Sequence record: SRR22947725_2486
Length of the DNA stretch: 64,000 nt
Direction: 5' to 3' (one strand)
Every line of letters starts with the position of its first letter. Within the stretch, counting starts at the first letter, position 1. Both the position numbers and the translations under genes were made by a program. Below are positions 50,205-61,238 of this stretch, one piece after another. Under the pieces are notes generated by a model, which was not told where the DNA came from, did not search any database, and saw nothing but the letters and a program-made list of their open reading frames with translations.

Positions 50205-50339
50205 CTAAAACCACAATAAAAAAAGATAGGTAACTATTATACCTTCAATGAAAGCCAACCAGTACAAACTATAATGGCTTAATCCAAAATATAACCTTAT
50301 TTTCTCTGTCACGCTCTTGTGCCAACTTAATAAACTCAT
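50205..50339 (-). CDS. small membrane protein (44 aa; not in ORF track)
   Basis: MSLLSWHKSVTEKIRLYFGLSHYSLYWLAFIEGIIVTYLFLLWF*; AAGGG upstream. Confidence 0.65.
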   Translation of the reverse strand: MSLLSWHKSVTEKIRLYFGLSHYSLYWLAFIEGIIVTYLFLLWF

Positions 50340-50431
50340 TCTTAACCCTTTCCCGATAAACAACCTAGTAGAGATCACTATTAAAGTATTGTATTGACTG
50401 TAAAGTACAAAGAAAATTTATTATTTTACTA

Positions 50432-52090
50432 TCACCTTTGATGTGTTTTCCAATTTTCAGAGATCCAAGGGCTTATGTTCGCCTTTAGCAAAGGGCTTTT
50501 ATTTAAGATATGATCACTTGCTTTCTCGCCTACCATTATCGAAGGCCCATTTATATTTCCATTTGTTATTTGTGGGAAGATACTACTGTCAGCCACTCTT
50601 AAAGCTTCCACCCCAATTACACGTGTTGTTGGATCCACTACCGCCATGGGATCTTTTTCGTCTCCCATTTTACAAGTACCACAAGGGTGATAAGCACTCT
50701 CGACATGTTCTTTGATAAATACATCAAGCTCTTCATTACTTTGCATGTTACTACCGGGTTGAATTTCATTTTTCACAAAAGGCTTAAAGGCTTGCTGTGA
50801 AAAAATCTCTCGTGTAAGCCTAATCGCTTTCCTAAAATCGTTCCAATCTTTTTCTTTAGACATATAGTTAAATAAAATTCTTGGTGGTGAATTGGGATCT
50901 TTTGACTTCAAGGTTACTTCGCCACGAGACAAACTACGCATTGGACCCACATGAGCCTGAAATCCATGACCTTGAGAAGCAACCTTCCCATCGTAGCTAA
51001 CTGCAATAGGTAAAAAGTGATATTGGAGATCAGGATACTCTACTCCCTTATCTGAACGTATAAAAGCTGCGCTTTCAAACTGGTTGGACGCTCCCGGTCC
51101 ATTTCTAGCTAATAACCACTGAGCACCCACCCACGCTTTTCCAAAAATATTCCAATATTTATATAAACTGACTGACTGAGATGCTGCCATCTGGATATAA
51201 AGTTCCAAATGATCTTGCAAATTTTTTCCCACGCCCTGCCGATCGGCAATCACCTTAATTCCATGCTCCCTCAAATGCTCTGCAGGCCCAATACCTGAAA
51301 GCATTAAAAGTTTGGGGGAGTTAAGGGATGAACTCGCAATAATAACCTCACGGATTGCTTCTATTACTACTATTTTTCCTTTATATTCTACTTCCACTCC
51401 TGTAGCACGACCCTGACTTATAACAATTTTTCGAGCAAAAGCCTTTAATATGGAACAGTTTTTACGTTTCAAGGCAGGTTTAAGGTAAGCATTTGCAGAA
51501 GACCATCGCTGCCCTTTAAAGATTGTATGCTCCATCGGACCAAAACCTTCTTGTTTAAAACCATTATAATCATCCGTAGTTTCGTAACCAGCTTGCCGAC
51601 CAGCATCAACAAAAGCAGTAACGAGCGGATTATCTCGTTTACCACGAGTAACATGCATTGGGCCATTTGATCCACGCCATTCGGGATCACCACCATGACC
51701 CCCCGAATTCCAGGATTCCATACGTTTGTAGTATGGGAGCACGTCAGCGTAGGACCATCCACGTGCTCCCAACTCTGACCAAGTATCAAAGTCTCGGGCA
51801 TGGCCTCGGACATAGACCATTCCATTTATACTAGAAGAACCACCTATAACTTTCCCGCGAGGGCAAACCAATTTCCGTCCCCCCAAATGAGGCTCTGGTT
51901 CAGTACTATATCCCCAGTCATAACGAGCCATATTCATTGGATAACTTAACGCCCCTGGCATCTGAATCAATGGCCCTGCGTCACTACCTCCATATTCAAT
52001 AACGATAACAGAAGCTCCCGCCTGACTAAGACGAAACGCCATAGCGCACCCAGCACTTCCAGCACCAACTATTACAAAATCTGCTTGCAT
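50432..52090 (-). CDS. betA: choline dehydrogenase
   Basis: [54 protein letters not shown] and ESAYHPCGT motifs. Confidence 0.93.
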   Translation of the reverse strand: MQADFVIVGAGSAGCAMAFRLSQAGASVIVIEYGGSDAGPLIQMPGALSYPMNMARYDWGYSTEPEPHLGGRKLVCPRGKVIGGSSSINGMVYVRGHARDFDTWSELGARGWSYADVLPYYKRMESWNSGGHGGDPEWRGSNGPMHVTRGKRDNPLVTAFVDAGRQAGYETTDDYNGFKQEGFGPMEHTIFKGQRWSSANAYLKPALKRKNCSILKAFARKIVISQGRATGVEVEYKGKIVVIEAIREVIIASSSLNSPKLLMLSGIGPAEHLREHGIKVIADRQGVGKNLQDHLELYIQMAASQSVSLYKYWNIFGKAWVGAQWLLARNGPGASNQFESAAFIRSDKGVEYPDLQYHFLPIAVSYDGKVASQGHGFQAHVGPMRSLSRGEVTLKSKDPNSPPRILFNYMSKEKDWNDFRKAIRLTREIFSQQAFKPFVKNEIQPGSNMQSNEELDVFIKEHVESAYHPCGTCKMGDEKDPMAVVDPTTRVIGVEALRVADSSIFPQITNGNINGPSIMVGEKASDHILNKSPLLKANISPWISENWKTHQR

Positions 52091-52195
52091 GATTTTTCCA
52101 AAAACTTCCTCGCAGGTTACTATAAAATTTTTTTCATACAAATTAATTAATGACCTTAATCATAAATCTTAATCAAGTTCTTAAATTTTTTGTTC

Positions 52196-52936
52196 TTAAA
52201 AATCTGGCACTTCTAAATAATCTGAAACTGGTATTTTTAATATCCCTTTAATACATAAAGCATTTTGGTCATACTTTGATAGGTTAGAGATTGCTGTTTC
52301 AATAGCTGTAAAAACTAATTCTGAGTCATGTTTCAAGGAAGTTATATATGGGAGGCCCGGCGTAACTGGCTTTGTTACTTCGAGAACTCGCAATTCTGAC
52401 GCGAACGCATCATGCTCCTGAATAAGTTTCCAGGATAAGGCGTCTAACGCACCAAAATCTGCTTTACCGTCAGCTATCATTTTTGCTGAATCACGATGAC
52501 TCCCAGACTTTACCCGATTTAATAGGTGCAATCCTTTCTTAGCGGCATGAACTAACGGTGCAGCATATCCCGACTGTGATATTTCTTCGTTAAACGCAAA
52601 CTGTTTGTGAGACAGATCAGAAAGATCATTACCAATTTCATTTTTTCTAACAACAATACAACTATAGTAATAACCTGGTAGACAGTTTCCAAGATCATAG
52701 ATTGGTGTACCCACGAGATTCACTTTTTCGTGTAGAAATTTTCGATAAGGCATTCCACAAGTTTGACTGAGAACAAGGTCTGGATCTGTCCAAACCGCCA
52801 TAACCTCTTTATCTTGGTTTAATTCTCTTGGTGCATTAATACCTAACTCCATCAAATTTTGATTGATAAGTGACCAAAAGCGAGCATGTGCTTCCATAAG
52901 TTCGGGACGTTTATACATTTGAAGGCTAGCAATCAT
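52196..52936 (-). CDS. PhnD/SsuA/transferrin-fold protein without signal peptide
   Basis: MIASLQMY, LSQTCGMPY, PGYYYS, SQSGY, GSHRDS, ALDALSW and TPGLPYIT motifs. Confidence 0.8.
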   Translation of the reverse strand: MIASLQMYKRPELMEAHARFWSLINQNLMELGINAPRELNQDKEVMAVWTDPDLVLSQTCGMPYRKFLHEKVNLVGTPIYDLGNCLPGYYYSCIVVRKNEIGNDLSDLSHKQFAFNEEISQSGYAAPLVHAAKKGLHLLNRVKSGSHRDSAKMIADGKADFGALDALSWKLIQEHDAFASELRVLEVTKPVTPGLPYITSLKHDSELVFTAIETAISNLSKYDQNALCIKGILKIPVSDYLEVPDF

Positions 52937-53039
52937 TATTTTAAACCTAAAATTGGTAAAGCAATAAGAATGTCATTCACTGGAATGGAACATTTCCATT
53001 GGCCAGCTTTTAAAAAAAACCTTATGTCTTTCCGCATAT

Positions 53040-53987
53040 TTAAACTGCCTTCTTAATTTTTTTAATGTAGTCATTTGTGAATACAATATATCCGTTTTCA
53101 GTATGCACTAGTTGGTCACGAATTATCACATGTAAGTCAGGTAATTTATGGAATGGTACCATTGGATTTATGTGATGTTCAGTATGGTAAGGCATATTCC
53201 AAGCCAAGAAACAAATGAGACGATTGGTGAAAGTAGTGCGTGTATTCTCAAGTGCATTGGCTACATAAGGGCAAAGTCCATGCTCTGCTAAAAGATAAAA
53301 ACGTAAAAAGGGTTGACCTAGTAATAATGGGAAAATCCATACCCAAAACAGAGTAGAGAAACCAAACCAATATGCTGAAGAAAAAGCTATTGTATAAATT
53401 AAAACTAGCCAACGAGATTCCTTAACAATACGACTTTCAACTTTTTTAGGTATAAAGTCCGCGGAACAATAGCCAAAAGTATTTTTTATAATTGTTTTAA
53501 AATGTCCAACCCAGGTTGGAATTCCTGATACATGCCAGATAAAAGTTCCCATTGATTTAGGTTTTTCGACCTCTAGCTCCGGGTCCTTACCTGGCACCTG
53601 TGTATGGCGGTGATGCGCCAAATGAAAATACTTAAACCAAATGACTGGAAGGAATATCATAAACCCACAAATCTTAGCTACCGTATCGTTCACCCAACGA
53701 GTTCGAAATGGAGTCTGGTGTACGGTCTCATGTAGTAATGTAAAAAGAAACACTATGCTGATGCCTTGAGGCACCATAATTACCTGCCAACCAGGTATTT
53801 TTAAATATATTAAAAATCCGAATACGAGAATAAGTGACCAATGCACTGCAAAATGTTTTAGACCAGGGCCATTTAGCCTTTCTGTAAGAGTTTTATGAGT
53901 TTTTACTGGAAGAGCTTTCAAAAGTTCCTTATCGCTTGCCAAGGATACGCTAGCATTTCGATCACTAGTTTTAGAAGCATTACTCAA
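53040..53987 (-). CDS. membrane di-iron fatty-acid-desaturase-family enzyme (MocD-like)
   Basis: His boxes HETVH, HLAHH and HTEHH; LAEH and WNMPY motifs; TM segments. Confidence 0.88.
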   Translation of the reverse strand: MSNASKTSDRNASVSLASDKELLKALPVKTHKTLTERLNGPGLKHFAVHWSLILVFGFLIYLKIPGWQVIMVPQGISIVFLFTLLHETVHQTPFRTRWVNDTVAKICGFMIFLPVIWFKYFHLAHHRHTQVPGKDPELEVEKPKSMGTFIWHVSGIPTWVGHFKTIIKNTFGYCSADFIPKKVESRIVKESRWLVLIYTIAFSSAYWFGFSTLFWVWIFPLLLGQPFLRFYLLAEHGLCPYVANALENTRTTFTNRLICFLAWNMPYHTEHHINPMVPFHKLPDLHVIIRDQLVHTENGYIVFTNDYIKKIKKAV

Positions 53988-54023
53988 ATCGTACCGCCAT
54001 ATAACTACTCATAAGTTTTATTA

Positions 54024-55178
54024 TCAACTGTTTGCGCGTTCAAGTGCTTGCTCAAGATCACTAATTAAGTCATCTGCATCTTCTATTCCAATCGACAAAC
54101 GTAAGAGGTTCGGGTGGACAGGAAAATCTGGACCAGAGACAGTCGCTCGGTGCTCAATTAAACTTTCAACACCACCCAATGAAGTTGCTGGATAAAACAC
54201 ATTACAGAAACGAGTAACATCTATAGCTGTTTTTTCATTACCTTTAACAATCATGGACATCATTCCACCATACAGCCCCCCTGTTTGGTGTTTCTGAATT
54301 TTATGACCAGTATGGCCTACTAAACCCGGATAAAGGACTTCTTCAATAAGTGGGTGTTCATTAAAATAGTTTGAAATACGAAGTGCATTCTCAGTAGCGC
54401 GTTCAACACGCAGAAATAAAGTTCTCATACCTCTAATTAACAAGAAGGCATCGAAGGATTGTAAGACAGTCCCCTGTAGTTTTCGGGTGAGCGCAATATC
54501 CTCCCAATACCCTCCAGTATCTCGAACCGATAGAGCACCAGCAGTGACATCAGAATGACCGTTTAAATATTTAGTTGCTGAATGCATTGAGATGTCCGCT
54601 CCAAAATTTAATGCCCTAGTTGCACACGGTGGAGTACCGGTACAATCTGTCAAAAGTTTTGCACCATGAGCATGCGCAATTTCGGCTGCCTTTGTAATGT
54701 CAGTAACAGCCCAATCTGGATTGTTCGGGGTCTCGGCCCACACCAATGTTGTGTCACCTTGAATACTATTACTTAAATCACTTAAATCACCTGCTTCATA
54801 ATAAGAAACGCGCAATCGGTTTTTTTTTGCATAAGATTGAAATTGGTGTAAGACACCGTGATACATCGCTTTTGGAACAACAACATGGGCATTTTCTTCA
54901 AGATGATCGATCACTGCTGTTGCAGCTGACATCCCAGAAGAAAAAAGTAGCGTATCAGTTGCTTCTTCTAAATCAGCAATAATTGCTTCAGCATGAGATG
55001 TTGTTTCATTGCCATCCCGTTTATAAAAATAGGGTTTCCTGATATCATAGTTTTCGTCACGAGCATATGTAGCAGAAGACTGTATTGGTGGAATTATTGC
55101 CCCTGTTTCTGGATCGAGATAACGTAATGCTTGGGTAACTCTAGTTACAGCTGAAAGTTTCTGATTAGTTTTAGACAT
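54024..55178 (-). CDS. PLP-dependent transsulfuration-family enzyme (cystathionine gamma-synthase/lyase-like)
   Basis: SSGMSA, ETPNNP, HSATKYLNGHSD, SLGGVESL and LRLSIGIED motifs. Confidence 0.92.
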   Translation of the reverse strand: MSKTNQKLSAVTRVTQALRYLDPETGAIIPPIQSSATYARDENYDIRKPYFYKRDGNETTSHAEAIIADLEEATDTLLFSSGMSAATAVIDHLEENAHVVVPKAMYHGVLHQFQSYAKKNRLRVSYYEAGDLSDLSNSIQGDTTLVWAETPNNPDWAVTDITKAAEIAHAHGAKLLTDCTGTPPCATRALNFGADISMHSATKYLNGHSDVTAGALSVRDTGGYWEDIALTRKLQGTVLQSFDAFLLIRGMRTLFLRVERATENALRISNYFNEHPLIEEVLYPGLVGHTGHKIQKHQTGGLYGGMMSMIVKGNEKTAIDVTRFCNVFYPATSLGGVESLIEHRATVSGPDFPVHPNLLRLSIGIEDADDLISDLEQALERANS

Positions 55179-55217
55179 GTTTGAAGGAACCTTTATTTAA
55201 ATAATTACATATTCTTG

Positions 55218-55799
55218 CTATTGTTTAGACCAAATTGGCTTAGTATCAAATTCATTCCGCCAAACAACATATGCCATAACTGGATGTTTGTAGGTCTCCA
55301 GAGCATGGGGCACATTTGATGGATGAAGCATATGATCACCAGGTGTTAAAATTTGTGCCTCCTTTCCCTCAACCGAAAACTTAGCTTCTCCAGCAAGAAC
55401 GACATATATTTCTTCTGCTGGATGCTCATGAAATGGATAATAAAACCCTGGTGGCTGATATACTACAAAGCTCCGCATTTGCTTACTACCAAAAGGTGCA
55501 TCACGCCCAATGATTTCATAACAAGCAAACCTATCTAAAAAGTTAGAGTCGATTTCTGTTCCTTTATAAGTCTCACGCCACATCATGTGCGGTGAAGCAT
55601 CTATCAATGCATCACGGAAATTCTCAAAGTGTTCTGTATTCAATCCTTTTTCTGCCATCAAAACGTCTGCAGCAGGCACCCAGTGCGGTTTTATTTCCTT
55701 TGGAACTATATCAGATGGAAAGGAAATAAAATCTTTTAGTCCGTCATTATTTTCATGCAATAATTTAACTTCATCATATAAGGCTTGAAATTCTTTCAC
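55218..55799 (-). CDS. dddQ: cupin dimethylsulfoniopropionate lyase, DddQ-like
   Basis: WRETY...FLDRFACYEIIG, YPFHEHPAEEIY..LAGEA, PGDH..HPS..PHA and VWR motifs, recalled as DddQ-type; GTG start. Confidence 0.8.
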   Translation of the reverse strand: MKEFQALYDEVKLLHENNDGLKDFISFPSDIVPKEIKPHWVPAADVLMAEKGLNTEHFENFRDALIDASPHMMWRETYKGTEIDSNFLDRFACYEIIGRDAPFGSKQMRSFVVYQPPGFYYPFHEHPAEEIYVVLAGEAKFSVEGKEAQILTPGDHMLHPSNVPHALETYKHPVMAYVVWRNEFDTKPIWSKQ

Positions 55800-55940
55800 T
55801 AGCTATCCTAAAATTTTCAAAAATCGTTTTCTTCCGGAAAAGGCTATATTGTCACTTTCAACGTGGCAATCACTTTTTTTTACCTTTAATATATTTAAAT
55901 CTATGTCGTATTAAATTCTTTATGTTAGTTAATAGTAACT

Positions 55941-56465
55941 CTAAGCCTCTCCCCGAGCAGGGTAATTTTTTGATAAAATAAACTGAATTGACTCAAGAAG
56001 ATCTTTAAAAGATGATCTCGCGAACGGCATAGATTGGATCGAAATATAATATAAAGTATTATCCCCACGAACTAAAAATATTGCTGGTTCTGGAAAAAAA
56101 TCAGGTTCGTGAATGCCTGCCGAAGTCATTCCATTTCCCTTTGAAATATAGAGCCCCCACTTGCGTGCAGTTTGTATTCTCAGATTATAAGCGTGCCTTA
56201 ATGAATTTAAACCTAGTTTTTCTGACATAGCTGTCGCACGATCAACATTATCGCTTGATATCGCTATTGTATCGACACCTAGATTTTCAAATTCAGAAAG
56301 AAGTTCAACTAATTTTGTTAGGTAAGTTACGCAAATTGGGCAGTGTAGTCCTCTAAAAAATACAAGCATTGTAAAATGCCTTGGAACCTGTTTAATAAGA
56401 TCGAATTCTCCGTGCCGCAATGTCGGTAAAATTAACTCTGGAGCTTTTTGATTTGGATATAGCAT
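55941..56465 (-). CDS. peroxiredoxin-like AhpC/TSA family protein
   Basis: FFRGLHCPIC, EPAIFLV, QSMPFAR and YPARG motifs. Confidence 0.88.
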   Translation of the reverse strand: MLYPNQKAPELILPTLRHGEFDLIKQVPRHFTMLVFFRGLHCPICVTYLTKLVELLSEFENLGVDTIAISSDNVDRATAMSEKLGLNSLRHAYNLRIQTARKWGLYISKGNGMTSAGIHEPDFFPEPAIFLVRGDNTLYYISIQSMPFARSSFKDLLESIQFILSKNYPARGEA

Positions 56466-56679
56466 TATAATGTTTTCCTTAATGAGGGTTTAAACTTAAA
56501 ACCAAGATTGCCTCTTCTAAATCGGTAAGGTAGCTAAGGTCGATATCGTTACTAAACTTAAGGTTAAGCATACTCTACAGACAAATAATATATTAAACAA
56601 ACCAAAGAAATGCATATGAATAGTCCCAATGTGTGCACAGCACTTACCTATTTAATAAAAGCCTGACAAAATTAAAATT

Positions 56680-57873
56680 ATGAAAACTTATGCAGCAAAG
56701 ACACCACCCCATCTGATTACACTAATTATTCTTACATCTACTTCTGTATTAGCGATGAATATGTTTTTACCGTCTCTCACAAACATGGCGGCTGAGTTTT
56801 CTGTTTCGTATAGTGTAATGAATATTTCTGTGGCAGGTTATCTTGCAATCACAGCCATCCTACAAGTTATTTTGGGACCACTTTCAGATAGGTTTGGACG
56901 AAGGCCAGTTTTATTAGGAAGCATTCTAATATTTTCCCTAGCTTCTTTATTTTGTGCTTTATCATCTAATATTTGGATTTTTTTAAGTCTAAGGATACTC
57001 CAAGGGGCAATAATCTCTGGTATGACACTCTCTCGGGCGATAGTGCGAGACATAATGGATCCCAAGGATGCTGTTAGAGTTTTGGGAACAATAGCTATGG
57101 CAATGGCGGTTGCTCCAATGCTTGGACCTGTCTTAGGAGGAGTTTTTGATGAAGTTTTTGGTTGGAGGGCTATATTTTGGTTTTACTTAGGCTTGGGACT
57201 AGTTTTATTTGTACTTACTTGGGCCGACTTGGGTGAAACTAATAAAAATACTTCAGCCACATTCCGGAAACAATTCTCCACATACCCTGACTTACTTCGC
57301 TCAGGCCTGTTTTGGGGTTATTCGATATGTCTATCATTTGGTATAGCATGTTTCTACGCTTTTCTATCGGGAGCCCCTTTAGTTGCTGATAAGGTACTTA
57401 ATCTACCACCTTCTCATCTAGGCTTTTATATGGGCTCGATAACTGGAGCATTCTTAGTCGGTAGCTTCATTTCAAACCGCTTAGCTAAACACACAACCTC
57501 AACCAAACTTGTTTTAGCTGGTCGTACAATATCAGTTTTAGGTCTTTCTTTAGGGTTAATAATAGTGATGTTCGGGAATGTTTCCTCGCTTTCCATTTTT
57601 GGTTCCACACTCTTTATAGGTCTGGGGAATGGGATGTCATTACCAAGCTGTTACGTGGGAGTCATGAATGTTCGTTCAGACTTAGCTGGCAGTGCTGCTG
57701 GTTTATCAGGTGCCATGGGTGTTGCAGCCGGTGCAATTTTGGCAACAATGATGGCTGCTATCTTAACAGAAAATAATGCCGCTTTTGGCTTTTTATCTTT
57801 CTTACTCGTCGCAAAAATCATTAGTCTTGCTGGGGCAATACTAGCACATAATTTAGAAAGAAAAATTAACTAG
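56680..57873 (+). CDS. Bcr/CflA family MFS efflux transporter
   Basis: NMFLPSL, GPLSDRFGRRPV, RAIVRD and APMLGP..GG motifs. Confidence 0.92.
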   Translation: MKTYAAKTPPHLITLIILTSTSVLAMNMFLPSLTNMAAEFSVSYSVMNISVAGYLAITAILQVILGPLSDRFGRRPVLLGSILIFSLASLFCALSSNIWIFLSLRILQGAIISGMTLSRAIVRDIMDPKDAVRVLGTIAMAMAVAPMLGPVLGGVFDEVFGWRAIFWFYLGLGLVLFVLTWADLGETNKNTSATFRKQFSTYPDLLRSGLFWGYSICLSFGIACFYAFLSGAPLVADKVLNLPPSHLGFYMGSITGAFLVGSFISNRLAKHTTSTKLVLAGRTISVLGLSLGLIIVMFGNVSSLSIFGSTLFIGLGNGMSLPSCYVGVMNVRSDLAGSAAGLSGAMGVAAGAILATMMAAILTENNAAFGFLSFLLVAKIISLAGAILAHNLERKIN

Positions 57874-57885
57874 TAGAAAACTCAA

Positions 57886-59070
57886 TTACCAAGTTTTGTT
57901 AATCGCATCAGTAATAAAAGTGTTTAATTGGCTTTTACTGATTGGTCTCGGATTTGTAGGAAAGCAAATATCATTTACTACCATTTCAACAAGTTTATCT
58001 ATATCTTGAATTAAAACTCCTAACTCCCCTAAACTATGAGGAATCATAAATTCCTCATAAAGGGCTTCAATCCAGTTTATTAAACCTTGAAAATCTTCAC
58101 TATCTGCGCCACATGCTCTAGCCAAATATTTCACTTTACCTTTAATTTCTGGATAATTGTATCGTAACACTGCCGGCAAAATTACTGCGTTAGTCAGACC
58201 ATGTGGGGTATTATACAATCCACCGACCATGTGACTAATAGAGTGGACCAATCCTAACCCTTTAGTAAAAGAAACAGCAGCTAAGCATGATCCAACCATC
58301 ATTGCTCCCCTTGCCTCAATATCATTTCCGTTACGGTAAGCAGTCTTTATAGTTGGGCATATTAGTTCTAATGCCTGAAGGGCTATACCATCACATATCG
58401 GGTGAAAAGTTGGAACTGAGTACGCTTCAATAGCATGAACAATTGCATCAATACCCGTCCAGGCAGTAAGGTTTTTTGGCAATGTAAGGGCAAGTTCAGG
58501 GTCCAGAACAGCTGCTAATGGCCAATATTCTGGATGATAAAAAGCTTTTTTCTCATTACTCATTGTATGAGTAATCATAGCTCCTGGCTCCACTTCAGCA
58601 CCTGTTCCAGTCGTAGTTGGAACACAAATAAGAGGAGCGAAACGGTCAAATTTCTTATTGGCCTGTACTTCATTAAGCATATCAAAATCCCAAAATCTAT
58701 CAGGACTTCTATACGCTGATAATGCTATTGCTTTTCCGATATCTAAAGAGCTTCCACCACCAATAGCAATAATACCATCACAACCTTCACGAATGAAAAT
58801 TTCACATCCAAGAAGACTTTCCTTATCAGTTGGGTTCGGTGAGAAATCTGAAAATAGAAAACACGTTAAGTCCTCACTCATCAACATTATTATTGCTGAG
58901 TTAACAAAGTTTAATTTTGCTGTTTCTGAATCTGAAACAATTAAAGGTCTTTTTATTCCCACTTTTTTTGCAATACTTGGAACTTTGTTTATACTGCCTG
59001 GCCCATAGTGTATCGGAATTGGGAAATTCCAAAGGGACTGCTCTAGCATATTACTTTTAATTTCTAACAT
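57886..59070 (-). CDS. iron-containing alcohol dehydrogenase
   Basis: GGGSSLD, PTTTGTGAE, DAIVHAIE, HSISH and HGLTNA motifs; start may be M8. Confidence 0.92.
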   Translation of the reverse strand: MLEIKSNMLEQSLWNFPIPIHYGPGSINKVPSIAKKVGIKRPLIVSDSETAKLNFVNSAIIMLMSEDLTCFLFSDFSPNPTDKESLLGCEIFIREGCDGIIAIGGGSSLDIGKAIALSAYRSPDRFWDFDMLNEVQANKKFDRFAPLICVPTTTGTGAEVEPGAMITHTMSNEKKAFYHPEYWPLAAVLDPELALTLPKNLTAWTGIDAIVHAIEAYSVPTFHPICDGIALQALELICPTIKTAYRNGNDIEARGAMMVGSCLAAVSFTKGLGLVHSISHMVGGLYNTPHGLTNAVILPAVLRYNYPEIKGKVKYLARACGADSEDFQGLINWIEALYEEFMIPHSLGELGVLIQDIDKLVEMVVNDICFPTNPRPISKSQLNTFITDAINKTW

Positions 59071-59154
59071 TATCGAGATTTTTACCTAGTTTCATAATTT
59101 TTTTCTCATACGAAATAATAATGACTTTATAGAATAGTATTTTTTAAACATTTT

Positions 59155-61197
59155 TTACATGCAGTCTCGCTCAATTTTCTTATTAAACTTGCGGGATGCA
59201 AATAACTCTCCTTTGCTGAAGGCCTTTATAATACCACTTAAATAAAAATGTGTTTTGTCACAACTCGTATGAGTAGTCGTCTCAACTCGCGCGTCCCAAT
59301 CATCCCTTTTATAGTGAGCTGTACAATTAAATTCCATTGCCGCAGAAAGAGGATCGTCCTGTTTAATTGAAAGTACTTTTTCTTTGGTAAACGAAATCTC
59401 GGTTCCAATATCATCAATTATATAACTCCCATCATCTCTTTTAACGACAAATTTAGTGCTTAGATCATCAAATTTATGAGTAAAAGTACGAGATTCGTTC
59501 CCAACCTTTTTAACGGTCATATTTAATGGTGTCGCATGTTCTGGAGGAAGAAACTTCGTATTATGGAAATTATCCTCATTGTGTAAAATAGGTAAACTAA
59601 CTGTTGAACGAGATGGATCTATTGTAATTACAGTGGGAGTTGGTGATGGCCAAATTAAAGGCCAATAGGATGTTGAAACAGAAATTCGCAGCTGATGTCC
59701 TTTTGGAACAACCTGTGCTACGCCCTTTAATTTGACTGTCACTTCGTAAAACTTGTTTGGCGTTAAAGGATCTGGGTTTTCATCACTCTCTCTATGGGAA
59801 AGGTTAAGAACCCCATACGAAATTCGTTCAACAGCACCATTTGGATGTATGTTATTTAATCGAACTGCAATTAATGCTTGAGGAACGTCTGAAGATATAT
59901 TCAGTCTAACCCTTCCCTCTCCCACTATACTAATCGCTTTTAGTAAAGGGTCACCATCAAATATAAGAGAGCCTGAGTCATCCTCTCGTTGATCAAGAGG
60001 TAACTCGGGTGCAACTTTCCCTAAACCGTATGCACACCATTCACCACCATAAATCCCTGTCGTTTGAGGGGAGGATACCGTCAATTGTATGTTAATCGTA
60101 GTTTCGTCTTGTATAGATGACAGTCTATTACCATTGAAAAAATATGTGTCTTCCTTGATACTTTTAGACGGCCAAGATGGAACACCTAACCAACGCCCTT
60201 CCCGCGCATCAAAGTGAGGCGCGGGCCTTTTGGAATCTTGTAAAAACAATCGCATATCAGGATCTTTGTCTACCCCAGTATCTATATCTTTTAACCAGTG
60301 ATCCCACCATCGTTTACATTCTTGTAAGAAACCAATCGCTGGCCCTGGAACTCCTTGATTAGGGTATTTGTGCCCCCATGGACCAATTATTCCTTTAGAT
60401 GGTGTATTCAAGTTTTCAATAAGCTTGAAAACTGCAGTTGGATAACCATCAGCCCACCCACTTACTGCTAAAACTGGACACTGAATTAAATCATAATCTT
60501 CTTGAACTGAGCCATGCTTCCAAAATGCATCTCTGCGTTGATGCTCCACCCACAGAGCCGGATATAAGTCTAATCCATCAATACGCGTCTTCCACATCTG
60601 CTTCCATTTTTTGTCCCCCACCATCTTGGGATCTGGTGGAAGAGCACCGAAAGTAAAAAAAGCACTCCCCCAATCCATGTTATCGTTTAAAAGACATCCT
60701 CCCATAAAATGCACATCTTCATTGTAACGATCAACCGTAGAGCATAAACTAATAACCGCTTTTAGAGCAGGTGGTCTTCTTGCAGCAATCTGTAACCCAT
60801 TAAAGCCACCCCAGGAAATTCCAATCATTCCGACCGACCCACTACACCAACCCTGGGAAGCCAACCATGTGATCGCCTCAATACCATCATCTTGTTCTCG
60901 CTTTACATATTCATCTTCCACAATGCCATCTGAGTCACCAGTTCCACTAATATCTAAACGGACAAAGGCATATCCATTAGCTGCAAACCAGTACATATTT
61001 ATCTCATCCCGAGCCCTCGTCCCATCCCGACGGCGGTAAGGTAAATACTCTAAAATTACCGGCACTGGATCCTCACTCGCATTTTTTGGTAATACTATTC
61101 TCGCAGCAAGTTTTCGCCCATCAGAAAGCGGAACCCATACCAACTCCCTATCATCAACAGAACTTTTATAATTTTGAGTTATTGGTTCAGCGCTCAT
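59155..61197 (-). CDS. CocE/NonD family (S15) serine hydrolase
   Basis: LEYLPYRRRD, GISWGG, GWAD and GPWGH motifs; GGAG RBS before ATG 61197. Confidence 0.92.
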   Translation of the reverse strand: MSAEPITQNYKSSVDDRELVWVPLSDGRKLAARIVLPKNASEDPVPVILEYLPYRRRDGTRARDEINMYWFAANGYAFVRLDISGTGDSDGIVEDEYVKREQDDGIEAITWLASQGWCSGSVGMIGISWGGFNGLQIAARRPPALKAVISLCSTVDRYNEDVHFMGGCLLNDNMDWGSAFFTFGALPPDPKMVGDKKWKQMWKTRIDGLDLYPALWVEHQRRDAFWKHGSVQEDYDLIQCPVLAVSGWADGYPTAVFKLIENLNTPSKGIIGPWGHKYPNQGVPGPAIGFLQECKRWWDHWLKDIDTGVDKDPDMRLFLQDSKRPAPHFDAREGRWLGVPSWPSKSIKEDTYFFNGNRLSSIQDETTINIQLTVSSPQTTGIYGGEWCAYGLGKVAPELPLDQREDDSGSLIFDGDPLLKAISIVGEGRVRLNISSDVPQALIAVRLNNIHPNGAVERISYGVLNLSHRESDENPDPLTPNKFYEVTVKLKGVAQVVPKGHQLRISVSTSYWPLIWPSPTPTVITIDPSRSTVSLPILHNEDNFHNTKFLPPEHATPLNMTVKKVGNESRTFTHKFDDLSTKFVVKRDDGSYIIDDIGTEISFTKEKVLSIKQDDPLSAAMEFNCTAHYKRDDWDARVETTTHTSCDKTHFYLSGIIKAFSKGELFASRKFNKKIERDCM

Positions 61198-61238
61198 TAT
61201 CGTTTTCTCCAAACTAAGCTTAGGCAGTAATACCTGAT

